In this document: piece by piece, positions 49,903 to 59,817 of the stretch
Layout of the letters: each line of letters begins with the position of its first letter
Numbering within the stretch: the first letter of the stretch is position 1
NCBI GenBank assembly: GCA_002496805.1
Contig: DALO01000016.1
Location: 45,615-109,614, forward strand
DNA length: 64,000 bases
From: Methanobacterium sp. UBA353
Lineage (GTDB): Archaea; Methanobacteriota; Methanobacteria; Methanobacteriales; Methanobacteriaceae
Direction of reading: 5' to 3'
The notes under the pieces: model-generated
Seen by the model: the letters and a program-made list of their open reading frames with translations, nothing else
What the model was told of the DNA's origin: nothing
The model's database searches: none
Program-made: the position numbers and the translations under genes

Positions 49903-50529
49903 TCAGCTATCAATGAAATGTTTAAAAAAAGGAATAGCAAGGTAAACAATGCTTGACCATCCATAACCATATTCTTTTAGAAACGGGAGAAATGTTACTC
50001 CAATTGCTATTACAGAAAGTATCGGGAGCATTAAATTAGCCATTAAATCTGATTTTCGTCGTTTAATTGCGCTTTCATCTACCAGTCCACTATTGACTGC
50101 ATGGCGCCAATTGAGGAATAAAAGAATTCCTATGGCAAAAAGGTTCAGATCAAAAAAAATGTTGGGAATCTGGTAATTTCCATATTCTCCAATGAAATAT
50201 GCTGAAAATGGTACTAATGCAACGAATACTAACCATAAAATAACAAGCCATAGCATAACATCATCAGCACGCTTTATTTTATTAAATTGGGTGTGATTTA
50301 TTCTCCAAAAGACCGCGAGAAGGAAAAAACTAATGAAATATCCATAAAAATTAGGTAATAGGCCAAGTAGAGACTGGTATAAGATGGTTTCAGTGGGATT
50401 AGCAATAGATGGCACTGTAATTCCTAAAACCAGTAAAGTTAGTGCAATGGCAAAAACACCGTCCACCAGAGTTTCAATCCTTTTAGGGTTGATACTAGTG
50501 GTATTGATTTTATTATAGCTTTCCTGCAA
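49903..50529 (-). CDS. TMEM175-family (DUF1211) potassium channel-like protein
   Basis: RIETLVDGVFAIALTLLVL, YFISFFLLAVFWRINH, LVPF; six TM helices. Confidence 0.88.
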   Translation of the reverse strand: MQESYNKINTTSINPKRIETLVDGVFAIALTLLVLGITVPSIANPTETILYQSLLGLLPNFYGYFISFFLLAVFWRINHTQFNKIKRADDVMLWLVILWLVFVALVPFSAYFIGEYGNYQIPNIFFDLNLFAIGILLFLNWRHAVNSGLVDESAIKRRKSDLMANLMLPILSVIAIGVTFLPFLKEYGYGWSSIVYLAIPFFKHFIDS

Positions 50530-50544
50530 TGAATACCCTCTTAT

Positions 50545-51075
50545 TTATAAAGATCTTTCCAGACTTTTAATGGCACTGCGAACAGCTCTTTCTTCCACTA
50601 CTTTATATGCTATCAATAGTCCAATAAGCAGTAAAGGTATCAGAATGTCCGTAATTAAAGCTGCTCCTACATTTCCAGAGGCGTGATTAGAAACAGAAAG
50701 CATATTATTAATATGGGTTACGGCCGCCCCTAAATAAAAAACAGAAACACCAATTACTGTTGCAGTCCAAAAATTACCCCTTATCCAAAAGCACAATAAT
50801 CCCAAAACACCAAACGCTAGATTGGCAAATGCAACCTCCATCTGGAATGGGTTCCCAACAGCCCAACCAATATTCGAAGCAACTTGGTTCGGGAAAAACA
50901 AATGCCCTGTAAATGCCCATAATGAACCAATGCCAACTGTAAAAACCAAGAAAGAAAGTAAAAATAGTTCAACAATTCTTTTAATGTTTAAAAATCTCTT
51001 GATATAAAATTGAACCCCTATTAATATAAACGCAATTATAATGCCTAGTATTAGCCAGGTGTAAGCCATGTCCAT
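50545..51075 (-). CDS. Membrane protein, DUF6790-like
   Basis: FTGHLFFP..VA..IGW...PFQMEVAFANL..G; H and GNxG motifs; five TM helices. Confidence 0.7.
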   Translation of the reverse strand: MDMAYTWLILGIIIAFILIGVQFYIKRFLNIKRIVELFLLSFLVFTVGIGSLWAFTGHLFFPNQVASNIGWAVGNPFQMEVAFANLAFGVLGLLCFWIRGNFWTATVIGVSVFYLGAAVTHINNMLSVSNHASGNVGAALITDILIPLLLIGLLIAYKVVEERAVRSAIKSLERSL

Positions 51076-51263
51076 TAAATAACCCCCTAAACGCATAGAG
51101 TTATTATTTATAAAAACACATTATTTGCGTTCAATTATCATTTATTTAATACCTTCCTCCGTGAATCAAATGGAAAGATTTATAAGTTATTTTCAGTTAG
51201 ATGTTGAAAAATCAACCAGTTTAATGCATGATAAAACCTCTTCTTCAAAGTGCCATGCAACGT

Positions 51264-52367
51264 TTACAATTTAATTAAATTAAAATCCATAGTCCCCATT
51301 CCAATTTTTTCAGCATACTCCAGTTGCACCATGCCATCAACTTCTTCCCAAACTCCTTTGAATTTATCACCACCAGTTTGGTGATGATGCTCAAGTAAGG
51401 AGCCTTCTAACCCAATTTGTTGATTCACCAGATGATATGATGCAGCATCAAGTGCCACTGGATCCATAGAGGCCAATATTCCAATATCTGGAACAATTGC
51501 AGCGTCACTGAAGGATTCACAGTCACAGTCTGGAGTTATGTCCATAAGGAAATTTATATAACCTACTTTTCCTTGTTTGTTTTTAACTGCACCGTAGGCG
51601 TATTCAACCATTCTCTCAGAAAATTCAGGTAAAGAATCAAAATCAATTTCTATCGCCAATTCTGGACAGTTTGATAGACAGTTATTGCATGCAATACATT
51701 TTTCCAAATCTATGGTTGCTTTTTGGTTTTGTATTGATATTACTGATATAGGACAAAAATCTAGGCACTTGGCGCAAGCAATACAAACATCGGTTATCAC
51801 TGGCTTGGAACAGTGATGTTGTTCTATCTTTCCAGGAATAGCAGCACAGCCCATAGCTAAGTTTTTAATTGCTCCCCCGAATCCACTCATCCCATGACCT
51901 TTAAAATGTGACAAAACAATCATACTATCAGAATTTTCAATATCTCCTGCGATTTTAACTGTGTTGAAATGATTTAGACCAATTTTTACCGGAACCCAAT
52001 TGTTTCCACAAATTCCATCAGCAATGATAATGGGTGCAGCAGTAACCACGTAGCCAAAGCCATTTTTTAGGGCAGTTTGCAAGTGATCGGCTGAATTATG
52101 ACGACTTCCATGATAAAGAGTGTTGGTATCTGTAAGAAATGGATTAACATTAAATTCTAAAGTTTTTTCAACAACTGGACGCACCAAAACTGGTTTAATA
52201 AATGTGTCGTTTCCCATTTCTCCAAAATGAAGTTTGATTGCAGTTAGGTCATTTTTCTTTAGTAATCCCCCAAAATTTGCTTTGTCAAATAACTGCTTTA
52301 TTTTGCTGTTTTTATTTTCTCCCATGCTTCGAGAACGGAAATTAGAAAAAAACACATCACTAGACAT
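51264..52367 (-). CDS. DUF362 protein with inserted 2x[4Fe-4S] domain
   Basis: AIKLHFGE, TDTNTLY, SHFKGH, GGAIKNLAMG, two CxxCxxCxxxCP, PDCDC, DPVALD. Confidence 0.9.
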   Translation of the reverse strand: MSSDVFFSNFRSRSMGENKNSKIKQLFDKANFGGLLKKNDLTAIKLHFGEMGNDTFIKPVLVRPVVEKTLEFNVNPFLTDTNTLYHGSRHNSADHLQTALKNGFGYVVTAAPIIIADGICGNNWVPVKIGLNHFNTVKIAGDIENSDSMIVLSHFKGHGMSGFGGAIKNLAMGCAAIPGKIEQHHCSKPVITDVCIACAKCLDFCPISVISIQNQKATIDLEKCIACNNCLSNCPELAIEIDFDSLPEFSERMVEYAYGAVKNKQGKVGYINFLMDITPDCDCESFSDAAIVPDIGILASMDPVALDAASYHLVNQQIGLEGSLLEHHHQTGGDKFKGVWEEVDGMVQLEYAEKIGMGTMDFNLIKL

Positions 52368-52421
52368 TTTAAATCTCCAATACTATTATAAATCTTTTTA
52401 TAGATGCATTCCTGCAATTGA

Positions 52422-53168
52422 TTAATCAAAATTTTCAAACAGTAAATTTTTACTTTTTATAACATCATCATAATTATTTAATTCAATTATTCCCCGTTTT
52501 ATCCCATAAATTAGATCTAAATCAAGTGTTCCCTTACCTAATGATAAGTGTTGGTCTTTTTTACCATTGTTATCACTTAAATGATAATAATAAGTGTTTA
52601 ATTGTAAAAATGATTTGGGATCTTCATTAGTGTTGGCATGGCCCAGATCAACGGTAGCACAACATCCGCATTGATCTAAGAAATAAGCATGCTCATGAGC
52701 AGTGTTACAGAAATATGCATAGCGAGAAGGCATATTTTCCACAGAAAAAATCACACCTACATCTTCAGCATGTTGATTAGCCTTTGTAAGAGTTTCAATA
52801 GAATATTGTTTGGCCATGTCTCGGATCCTATCTTCCAATCGATGAACCAGCCCTGGGTGGGTGGTTATTGCTTTAGCACCAATCTTAACTGCCAAATCAA
52901 GAGTTTCTTCAAGTTGAAGGAGGGTTTCATCCCTTATTCCAGGGTTTAGACTGGCAGGATTAAGATCTATTGTGGGAGAATGTAAATAAACATCTATATC
53001 ATAAGATGAAAAAATTTCCAACTCGTTTGACAGGTTAAGGAGGTTTCTTGGCCAGTATGGACCTTCACAGAGTATTTCAATAAGTTCAAAACCATCAGCA
53101 TCGGCAATTTGTAGACATTCTTCAAATGAATGCATGAATAATGCCAAAGTCGAAAATCCTAGTTTCAT
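52422..53168 (-). CDS. Sugar phosphate isomerase/epimerase (AP endonuclease 2 TIM barrel)
   Basis: MKLGFST, HPG, VENMP, DLGHA, HLSDN..KDQH, IIE. Start moved to 53168. Confidence 0.88.
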   Translation of the reverse strand: MKLGFSTLALFMHSFEECLQIADADGFELIEILCEGPYWPRNLLNLSNELEIFSSYDIDVYLHSPTIDLNPASLNPGIRDETLLQLEETLDLAVKIGAKAITTHPGLVHRLEDRIRDMAKQYSIETLTKANQHAEDVGVIFSVENMPSRYAYFCNTAHEHAYFLDQCGCCATVDLGHANTNEDPKSFLQLNTYYYHLSDNNGKKDQHLSLGKGTLDLDLIYGIKRGIIELNNYDDVIKSKNLLFENFD

Positions 53169-53276
53169 GTTTAGAACTTTTAATGATAATTCTGATATAT
53201 TTTTCGAATTTGCCAGAAATTTGGCTCGAAGTCGATGTTTGTACGAACCTTTTATATAACATCCCATACACTTCAT

Positions 53277-53295
53277 TATATCAGAAAGTGATATA
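53277..53295. promoter_or_regulatory. Candidate PadR operator
   Basis: Perfect palindrome TATATCA-N5-TGATATA downstream of a TTTTATATA box and upstream of padR. Confidence 0.55.
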
Positions 53296-53342
53296 TACAA
53301 AATCAATATATCCATATTAGAATTATGTGTTGGAGCAGTAAA

Positions 53343-53798
53343 ATGGCCAGAAAAAATTCACATGTTACTGATACGGGAAAAGAAGAGGAATGGGGATGTC
53401 AGATTAACAACCTAAATTCCTATGATAAAAAACTGATCAAAGGATTCATGAGAGGTTTTGCTAGAATTATGATACTGTGGCTCATCAGCAAGAGTAGACA
53501 ACATGGATATGAAATAATGACCCAAATACATGCCTCATCCCCCCTTGATAAAAAAATGCCCAGTGCCAGCATGATTTATCCAGTACTGCATAAATTAGAA
53601 AAAGAAGGACTGGTTATCGGAACATGGGAGCATCATGGTAAGAGGAAAGTCAAATATTATGAAATAACTGATGAAGGCAACAAAAGCCTCAATCGAATAC
53701 GACAAATCGCTGCCCATGGGAAAAAAATGGGTGCAACAGACTTGTGGAAGGAATTCATGAAGGACATGTTTTTCCTTGAAGAAGACATGGGAGATTAA
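53343..53798 (+). CDS. PadR-family transcriptional regulator
   Basis: HGYEIM, IYPVLHKLEKEGL, RKVKYYEITDEG. Confidence 0.92.
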   Translation: MARKNSHVTDTGKEEEWGCQINNLNSYDKKLIKGFMRGFARIMILWLISKSRQHGYEIMTQIHASSPLDKKMPSASMIYPVLHKLEKEGLVIGTWEHHGKRKVKYYEITDEGNKSLNRIRQIAAHGKKMGATDLWKEFMKDMFFLEEDMGD

Positions 53799-53801
53799 CA
53801 T

Positions 53802-54884
53802 ATGAAGTATGCTATAGAAACTTTTGATCTTAGCAAACGTTACGGTGACTTCACAGCCGTGGATGCTTTAGATTTAAAAGTTAAAGATAAAACCATATTT
53901 GGATTTTTAGGCCCTAACGGGGCAGGGAAAACTACTACTATAAAAATGTTGACTTGTTTAATCCCGCCAACATCTGGAACAGCACATGTGACTGGTTATG
54001 ATGTGATAAAAAATCCAAATGAAGTTCGTCAAAAAATAGGGATGGTTCCACAATTGGTTAGCCTATACGCTGATCTTACTGTCAGAGAAAATGCTGAGTT
54101 ATGTGCAGACTATTATGGAATGCCCACAGACCTTAAAGAAAGGAGAATCGACGAATTAATGGAATTGGTGGACATTAAATATGCTGAGAAAAAGTTGGTT
54201 AAACAACTGTCTGGAGGGCAGAAGCAAAAAGTATCTGTGGTTGCTAGCCTAGTACATCAGCCAGAAATTCTTTTTTTGGATGAACCCACCATTGGATTAG
54301 ATCCTACAACTAAAAGCGTCCTTTGGGACCTTATTGATGAACTAAACCAAAAGGGCCATACTATCATTCTCTGCTCCCACGACATGTACGAAGTGGACAT
54401 GCTCTGTGATCACGTAGGAATAATTAATCATGGAAAATTGGCAGCATATGACACTCCACAGGGATTAAAAGACACCATATTGGAGCAAAAAAATACCATT
54501 GAAAGCAATGTCGGTGAAATTGTGCGAAAAATGGAAGAATCCGATGCCAGCACCCACCCTTCTTTTTGCAAACTTAGAGAAGCTGTAAATGAATCTGAAA
54601 TGGATAAAGCAAGGGAAATGAGCTTGATAGTAGATAATTCAGATAACAAGTTGATTGACAGACTATTCCAAATTCCTTGTGTTCTGGACATTGAAACTCA
54701 CCGATCCGGTAGGCTGACTTTTAAATTAGCCAATACAGAAACTGCAATCACCCAAGTGATATCTGCAATTATGGAAACCGGAAGTAACATAAACTCAATT
54801 TCAACCAAAGATCCCTCTTTAGAAGATGTGTTCATCAAAGTAACTGCTAAAAAGCCCAAAAAAGTAGAAAAAGAGGGTGAATAA
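53802..54884 (+). CDS. ABC exporter ATP-binding subunit (DrrA-like, with C-terminal extension)
   Basis: GPNGAGKTT, LSGGQ, FLDEPTIGLD, SHDM, PSLEDVF. Confidence 0.95.
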   Translation: MKYAIETFDLSKRYGDFTAVDALDLKVKDKTIFGFLGPNGAGKTTTIKMLTCLIPPTSGTAHVTGYDVIKNPNEVRQKIGMVPQLVSLYADLTVRENAELCADYYGMPTDLKERRIDELMELVDIKYAEKKLVKQLSGGQKQKVSVVASLVHQPEILFLDEPTIGLDPTTKSVLWDLIDELNQKGHTIILCSHDMYEVDMLCDHVGIINHGKLAAYDTPQGLKDTILEQKNTIESNVGEIVRKMEESDASTHPSFCKLREAVNESEMDKAREMSLIVDNSDNKLIDRLFQIPCVLDIETHRSGRLTFKLANTETAITQVISAIMETGSNINSISTKDPSLEDVFIKVTAKKPKKVEKEGE

Positions 54885-56087
54885 ATGTCAGAATCAAAAA
54901 AAATTTGGTGGATGATTAAAAAAGATTTATTAGTTCTTTGGAGACACAAACCACGTTTAGCATCCATATTACTATTCCCAATACTTATGATCGCCCTTTT
55001 TGGTTATGGAATGGGAGGAGAAATTGAAAACATACCTGTGGTGGTAGTAAAACAGACTGATGGGCCGGTAACCGACGCGACTCTTAACGCAATTAAAGAA
55101 ATGTCACTTTACGATGTTAAAGATATTATCAGTGACCCGCAACGTGGTCGGGAAATGGTGGAATCAGGACAGATCAAAGCAGCCATCTTACTGCCCCCAG
55201 ATTACGAAAATATTAATAGTAGCAACTCAAAATCGGTGGTTGTTTATGTTGATTCATCTGATCAAATGGCCACACAAATGTTGGTCCCAGCAACCCAAGC
55301 CCTTTTTAGCCAGATATCATCTCAAATTGGAATGAAAAAACTAGACGCATTGCAAGCTCAATCAACTCAATTTTCTTCCATGCAAGTACAATCTCAAGAG
55401 GTTCAGTCCAGTTCATCATTACCCTCCCTTAACTTCCAGAACATTATGAACTCCATCAACTTCCAAGTCAATAAGATTTATGGAGACACCAAATATATTG
55501 ACTTCCTTGTACCGGCAATTCTGGCCATGACAGTTATGATGGGAGCAATGATGAGCATGGGCGAGTCTTTGGCTGGTGAACGAGAACGGGGTGAGCTTGC
55601 CAGACTTTTCATGACTCCGACCAGTGTTACTACAGTGGTAGCAGGTAAAATTATATCAAGACTTGTCATTCAAACGACAACTGCCATGATATTACTCGGT
55701 TCAGCCATTTTACTGTTCAATATTACCATATCCGGTAGTTTGTTACTTACCATTCTCCTGCTAATACTGATAGCATTGTGTTTTGTGGGTTTTGGCATAA
55801 TGGTTTCAGCCCGAGTTGGTACTCAGGAAGACTACGTCCAAATGGTGATGCCATTTAGCATGCCTATGATGTTCATATCAGGAGTTTTCTATCCACTGGA
55901 AACCATGCCTTGGATATTCCAAAAAATAGCATATATAGCACCTTTAACCTATGCTAATGATGCAATGCGAGGAGTTATGTTAAAAGGCGCAACCATAGGA
56001 GATATATGGATCGATATAGCTGTTCTTTTGGGTTTCACACTGTTGTTCTTTGCAATGGGAGTAACTAGGTTTAACAGAGATATTTAG
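54885..56087 (+). CDS. ABC-2 type permease
   Basis: N-terminal TM, extracellular loop, ERERGELARLFMTP, SGVFYP, PLTYA. Confidence 0.93.
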   Translation: MSESKKIWWMIKKDLLVLWRHKPRLASILLFPILMIALFGYGMGGEIENIPVVVVKQTDGPVTDATLNAIKEMSLYDVKDIISDPQRGREMVESGQIKAAILLPPDYENINSSNSKSVVVYVDSSDQMATQMLVPATQALFSQISSQIGMKKLDALQAQSTQFSSMQVQSQEVQSSSSLPSLNFQNIMNSINFQVNKIYGDTKYIDFLVPAILAMTVMMGAMMSMGESLAGERERGELARLFMTPTSVTTVVAGKIISRLVIQTTTAMILLGSAILLFNITISGSLLLTILLLILIALCFVGFGIMVSARVGTQEDYVQMVMPFSMPMMFISGVFYPLETMPWIFQKIAYIAPLTYANDAMRGVMLKGATIGDIWIDIAVLLGFTLLFFAMGVTRFNRDI

Positions 56088-56133
56088 AGGTTTAAAGCAA
56101 ATTAAGAATCTAAAAATAGAATCAAGTGATAAT

Positions 56134-57366
56134 ATGAACGTACGTAAAAAACAAGTCTTATTAGGATTTATTATAACCTGCATTTTGGTATCTCCAGTTG
56201 CAGGGGCGGATTGGAATATGTTCCATGAAAACGCCCAACGAACAGGATATCTTGAACAACCTGCTGATTTCACCCCTACTGTTTGGTATTTCAGCACACA
56301 GGGCACCATAAAGTCATCACCCGCCATTTTAAACAAAGTTGCCTATTTCGGATCATCAGATGGTCATGTGTATGCTGTGAACCTAGAAGACTGCACCAAA
56401 TTGTGGGATTATAAAACCGAAGGAGCTGTAGTATCATCCCCTTCAATTTCCGGAGACTATTTATATGTAGGATCAAAGGACGGATATGTTTATGCACAGG
56501 ACATTAAAAATGGTAATGTTAAATGGAAATATAAAACTGGAAATTCCATAGAATCATCCCCTTTAGCCCATGACAACATGATATATATTGGTTCAGATGA
56601 TGGAAGAGTATATAGCATATATAAATCAAATGGGACTAAAAATTGGGAATATAACACTGGAAACGCAGTTAAATCATCCCCCGTTATCATAGATGATTAT
56701 TTAATTGTAGGTTCCGATGATGGCAAAATTTACGCACTAGATATGGAAACTGGTGATAAAAAATGGGAATACACCACTGGGGATAAGGTACAATCATCCC
56801 CCGCTGTGATGAATAATGTAGTCTATGTTGGATCAGATGATGGTAAGCTATATGCCATTAATATCAATAATGGGACACTCAAATGGAACTATGATATGGG
56901 AAAACCAGTTGATTCATCACCTACCATTGACACCAATGACAACAGCTTATTTGTAGGAGCTGATAATGGTAAAATGATTTGCTTAGACACGCGAAACGGA
57001 GTGGAAAAATGGAGTTACAATGCTACTGGCGCAGTAAAAACATCTGCAGCCATCGTGAAAAATAAAATAGTCTTCGGATCTGACGGAGGCACTGTTTATA
57101 TAGTAAATAAATACAATGGCAACCTTGAGTGGAATTATAATCCTGGTTACGGCATAATTAATCAAGCCATACAATCATCTCCAGCAGTTTATGGAAACAT
57201 GATATACTTCGGTGCTGACGATGGATCCCTATATGCCCTGAACAATGACAAAATGAATGGCCCAACCTCAGTATATGCTTACTACATAGGTGGAACTCTT
57301 GTAATCCTAGTCATTTTCTTGGTAACAGTTAGAATTATCCGTAAACGAAGGAAAAAGGCAGAATAA
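56134..57366 (+). CDS. PQQ-like (BamB-type) beta-propeller surface protein
   Basis: Signal peptide; about eight repeats of SSP...vyvGSdDG.vYA.d..tG...W.Y; C-terminal TM helix with a basic tail. Confidence 0.9.
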   Translation: MNVRKKQVLLGFIITCILVSPVAGADWNMFHENAQRTGYLEQPADFTPTVWYFSTQGTIKSSPAILNKVAYFGSSDGHVYAVNLEDCTKLWDYKTEGAVVSSPSISGDYLYVGSKDGYVYAQDIKNGNVKWKYKTGNSIESSPLAHDNMIYIGSDDGRVYSIYKSNGTKNWEYNTGNAVKSSPVIIDDYLIVGSDDGKIYALDMETGDKKWEYTTGDKVQSSPAVMNNVVYVGSDDGKLYAININNGTLKWNYDMGKPVDSSPTIDTNDNSLFVGADNGKMICLDTRNGVEKWSYNATGAVKTSAAIVKNKIVFGSDGGTVYIVNKYNGNLEWNYNPGYGIINQAIQSSPAVYGNMIYFGADDGSLYALNNDKMNGPTSVYAYYIGGTLVILVIFLVTVRIIRKRRKKAE

Positions 57367-57585
57367 ATACTTTTAAGAAATATCTAACAAACTGACCAGA
57401 CCGGGGATATTTTCTTTTAAAATGTCTTCAGTCATACTTTTTTTTTATTTGATTCAAATTTTTTCATAAATTATTTGATTTTAAAAAATATTGCTTAATC
57501 TTACTATCAGTTACAAAAAGGATACAACATAGTATAAAAAAAAGCTAAAATAAGATTAAAAAAATAAAAACGGGAGGTTTATTAA

Positions 57586-57870
57586 CTATTTGCTGAAAGC
57601 CTTCGAAAGCTGTATTTCAATGGCAGAAACATTAGTTGAAGTGCCCTCATTGCTCATGATTTCTTCAGTACATATGTCAATGCTCGCAATAGTCACGTCG
57701 GTTATGAATCTGTTCCTGACTATTTCTGCAACATCAACTGCCCTAGAAATAGCTCTTCCTCTTGCTTTGAGAATGACTTCATTAGTGCCACCGTTCATTT
57801 GTGTTACTACAGCTAATACATAGTTCATTACCGGCTTGTTTCCAATGTACACCACATTTTCCTCTGACAT
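57586..57870 (-). CDS. albA: DNA/RNA-binding protein Alba
   Basis: [33 protein letters not shown]. Confidence 0.97.
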   Translation of the reverse strand: MSEENVVYIGNKPVMNYVLAVVTQMNGGTNEVILKARGRAISRAVDVAEIVRNRFITDVTIASIDICTEEIMSNEGTSTNVSAIEIQLSKAFSK

Positions 57871-58158
57871 CACTTAACCTCCATGATTATACTATGGTTG
57901 TTTTGTGTTACTAGTATTATATATATTTTATGCACACTGTTTTAAGGAAATAAAAGCTTTTCTGCATGCAAATTATTAAAATATTAAAAATTAATCCATT
58001 TAAATCGTTAAAATGATTATTATAGGATTAACATTAAAAAAAAATGAATATAAGAAAAAAAACATGTGTTTTGTAATAAATCCACCAAATATCGTTGTTC
58101 CGGGTAATTTTGTTCTAAATTTTTTCTAAAAAACAAGTATAATATTTAAACAGATTTT

Positions 58159-58917
58159 TTATTCCGCCGAACGAAATATTATCACAAAACCATCCATTTT
58201 ACCATCTATGTTATTAATTGGTGTTACACTACCATCAACAGTAATGGTGGTTTCATCCTTAGCTGTGAGCGAAGCCATGTTGAATGAAAATTCGTCTTTC
58301 AAAAAGATGTCTTCCCCAATGGGAAACTTAAACCCCATTGGCTTAAAAATATCACGAACATCATGCCCTAATGCATCTTCTTCTAGCCATCCAGTTAATT
58401 CTTCAGCCATGGAATTCATAAAACGCACTTGTGCTTGAGGATCAGTTGCAATCACAGCGTCACTTATACTCCTAAGTGTTGCTCCCAACCATTGATCGTG
58501 TTTACGGAGCCTTTTTTCCAGCCGGTGCCTGTATAGGGTAATTTCAATAGCAGTGTTTAGTTCGCTCTCTTCAAAGGGTTTACGTAAAAATCCGTATGGT
58601 TGTTTTAAGATAAACCCTGAAGGCTCGGTTATTTTAGCTCTTTGAACTGTTTTTTCATCAGAATAAGCTGTTAAATAGATAATGGGAATTCCTAGCTTGG
58701 ATCGTATTTTTTCTGCCGCTTCAATACCATCCATTTTTCCTTCCAACTTAATATCCATAATAACTAGATCTGGTTTTATTTCTTCTGAAACTTTAATGGC
58801 ATCTTCTCCTGAAGAAACAATGGCTGGAACCTCGTAGCCCACACTATTGAGAGCTTTTCTCATGTCTTCCGCAGTGATTCTTTCGTCTTCAACTACAAGA
58901 ATTTTCACAATTGACAC
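58159..58917 (-). CDS. Response regulator receiver + PAS domain protein
   Basis: ILVVEDE, PDLVIMDI, DGIE, YLTAYSD, KPF, then PAS (DAVIATD, N..AE.LTGW). Confidence 0.9.
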   Translation of the reverse strand: MSIVKILVVEDERITAEDMRKALNSVGYEVPAIVSSGEDAIKVSEEIKPDLVIMDIKLEGKMDGIEAAEKIRSKLGIPIIYLTAYSDEKTVQRAKITEPSGFILKQPYGFLRKPFEESELNTAIEITLYRHRLEKRLRKHDQWLGATLRSISDAVIATDPQAQVRFMNSMAEELTGWLEEDALGHDVRDIFKPMGFKFPIGEDIFLKDEFSFNMASLTAKDETTITVDGSVTPINNIDGKMDGFVIIFRSAE

Positions 58918-58968
58918 TTTATTTACCTCCCTATTCTACTCCCCTGTAATAAAATATATTTCACACTA

Positions 58969-59706
58969 TTAATTAACGGTGAACGCCACAACCAGGCCAT
59001 TAACACGCTGTTGGTTATCTTTGATAGGAGTAATCGTGCCGTTTACAAAAACATGACTCCCTTCACGTGAAATAAGCTTAGGTTCCTCATCTGATGTTAA
59101 AGCTTCTGCCAGCGAACATTCATGGGTCACTTCTTTCAGAGGCAAGAAAATTTCTCTTATATCCTTTCCAAGAGCTTCTGCCTTAGTCCAACCAGTTAAA
59201 TTCTCTGCTAAAGCATTGATAAATCTTATTTGTCCTGTGGAATTGGTTGCAATAACTGCTTCTGATGTTTTCTGTAACATAGCACCAGAAATTTGATCGT
59301 GTTCTTTTTCCATCTGGTGCCTATAAAGCGTTATTTCTATGGCAGCATGGAGTTCACTCTCATCAAATGGTTTACTCAACATTCCTTGACCTTTAACTAA
59401 AAAACCAGATGGTTCAGTTAGTTTAGCCCTTTCAACTGTTTTTTCATCGGAATAAGCTGTTAGGTAAATAACTGGAATATCTTGTACCTTTCTGATCTCA
59501 GCAGCAGATTCAATACCATCCATTTCTCCCTTTAATTTAATATCCATTAGAACTAAATCTGGCTCCAATCTCGCTGCTTGGCGAACTGCACCTTCTCCTG
59601 TAGAACAAATAATGGGAACTTTATATCCGGCAAATTCCAGTCCAGCTTTGATATCTTCGGCGGTGATCCTTTCATCTTCCACCACTAAAATTGTTGCACG
59701 AGTCAC
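58969..59706 (-). CDS. Response regulator receiver + PAS domain protein (paralogue)
   Basis: Same REC and PAS motifs; GTG start. Confidence 0.9.
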   Translation of the reverse strand: MTRATILVVEDERITAEDIKAGLEFAGYKVPIICSTGEGAVRQAARLEPDLVLMDIKLKGEMDGIESAAEIRKVQDIPVIYLTAYSDEKTVERAKLTEPSGFLVKGQGMLSKPFDESELHAAIEITLYRHQMEKEHDQISGAMLQKTSEAVIATNSTGQIRFINALAENLTGWTKAEALGKDIREIFLPLKEVTHECSLAEALTSDEEPKLISREGSHVFVNGTITPIKDNQQRVNGLVVAFTVN

Positions 59707-59817
59707 TCCATCTGCACTCCTGACATTATATATAGAATCGTTGGGTAAATGTAATATTCTTACTATATCATTGCTTTAATATAAGGATTTTTAAACTAGT
59801 AATTAATTCTAGTAGTT

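Noticed and set aside
56280..57240. Periodic ~120-bp nucleotide repeats (TCATC[AC]CC...GG.TC.GATGATGG)
   Set aside because: These are coding repeats of beta-propeller blades, not a CRISPR array or non-coding repeat.
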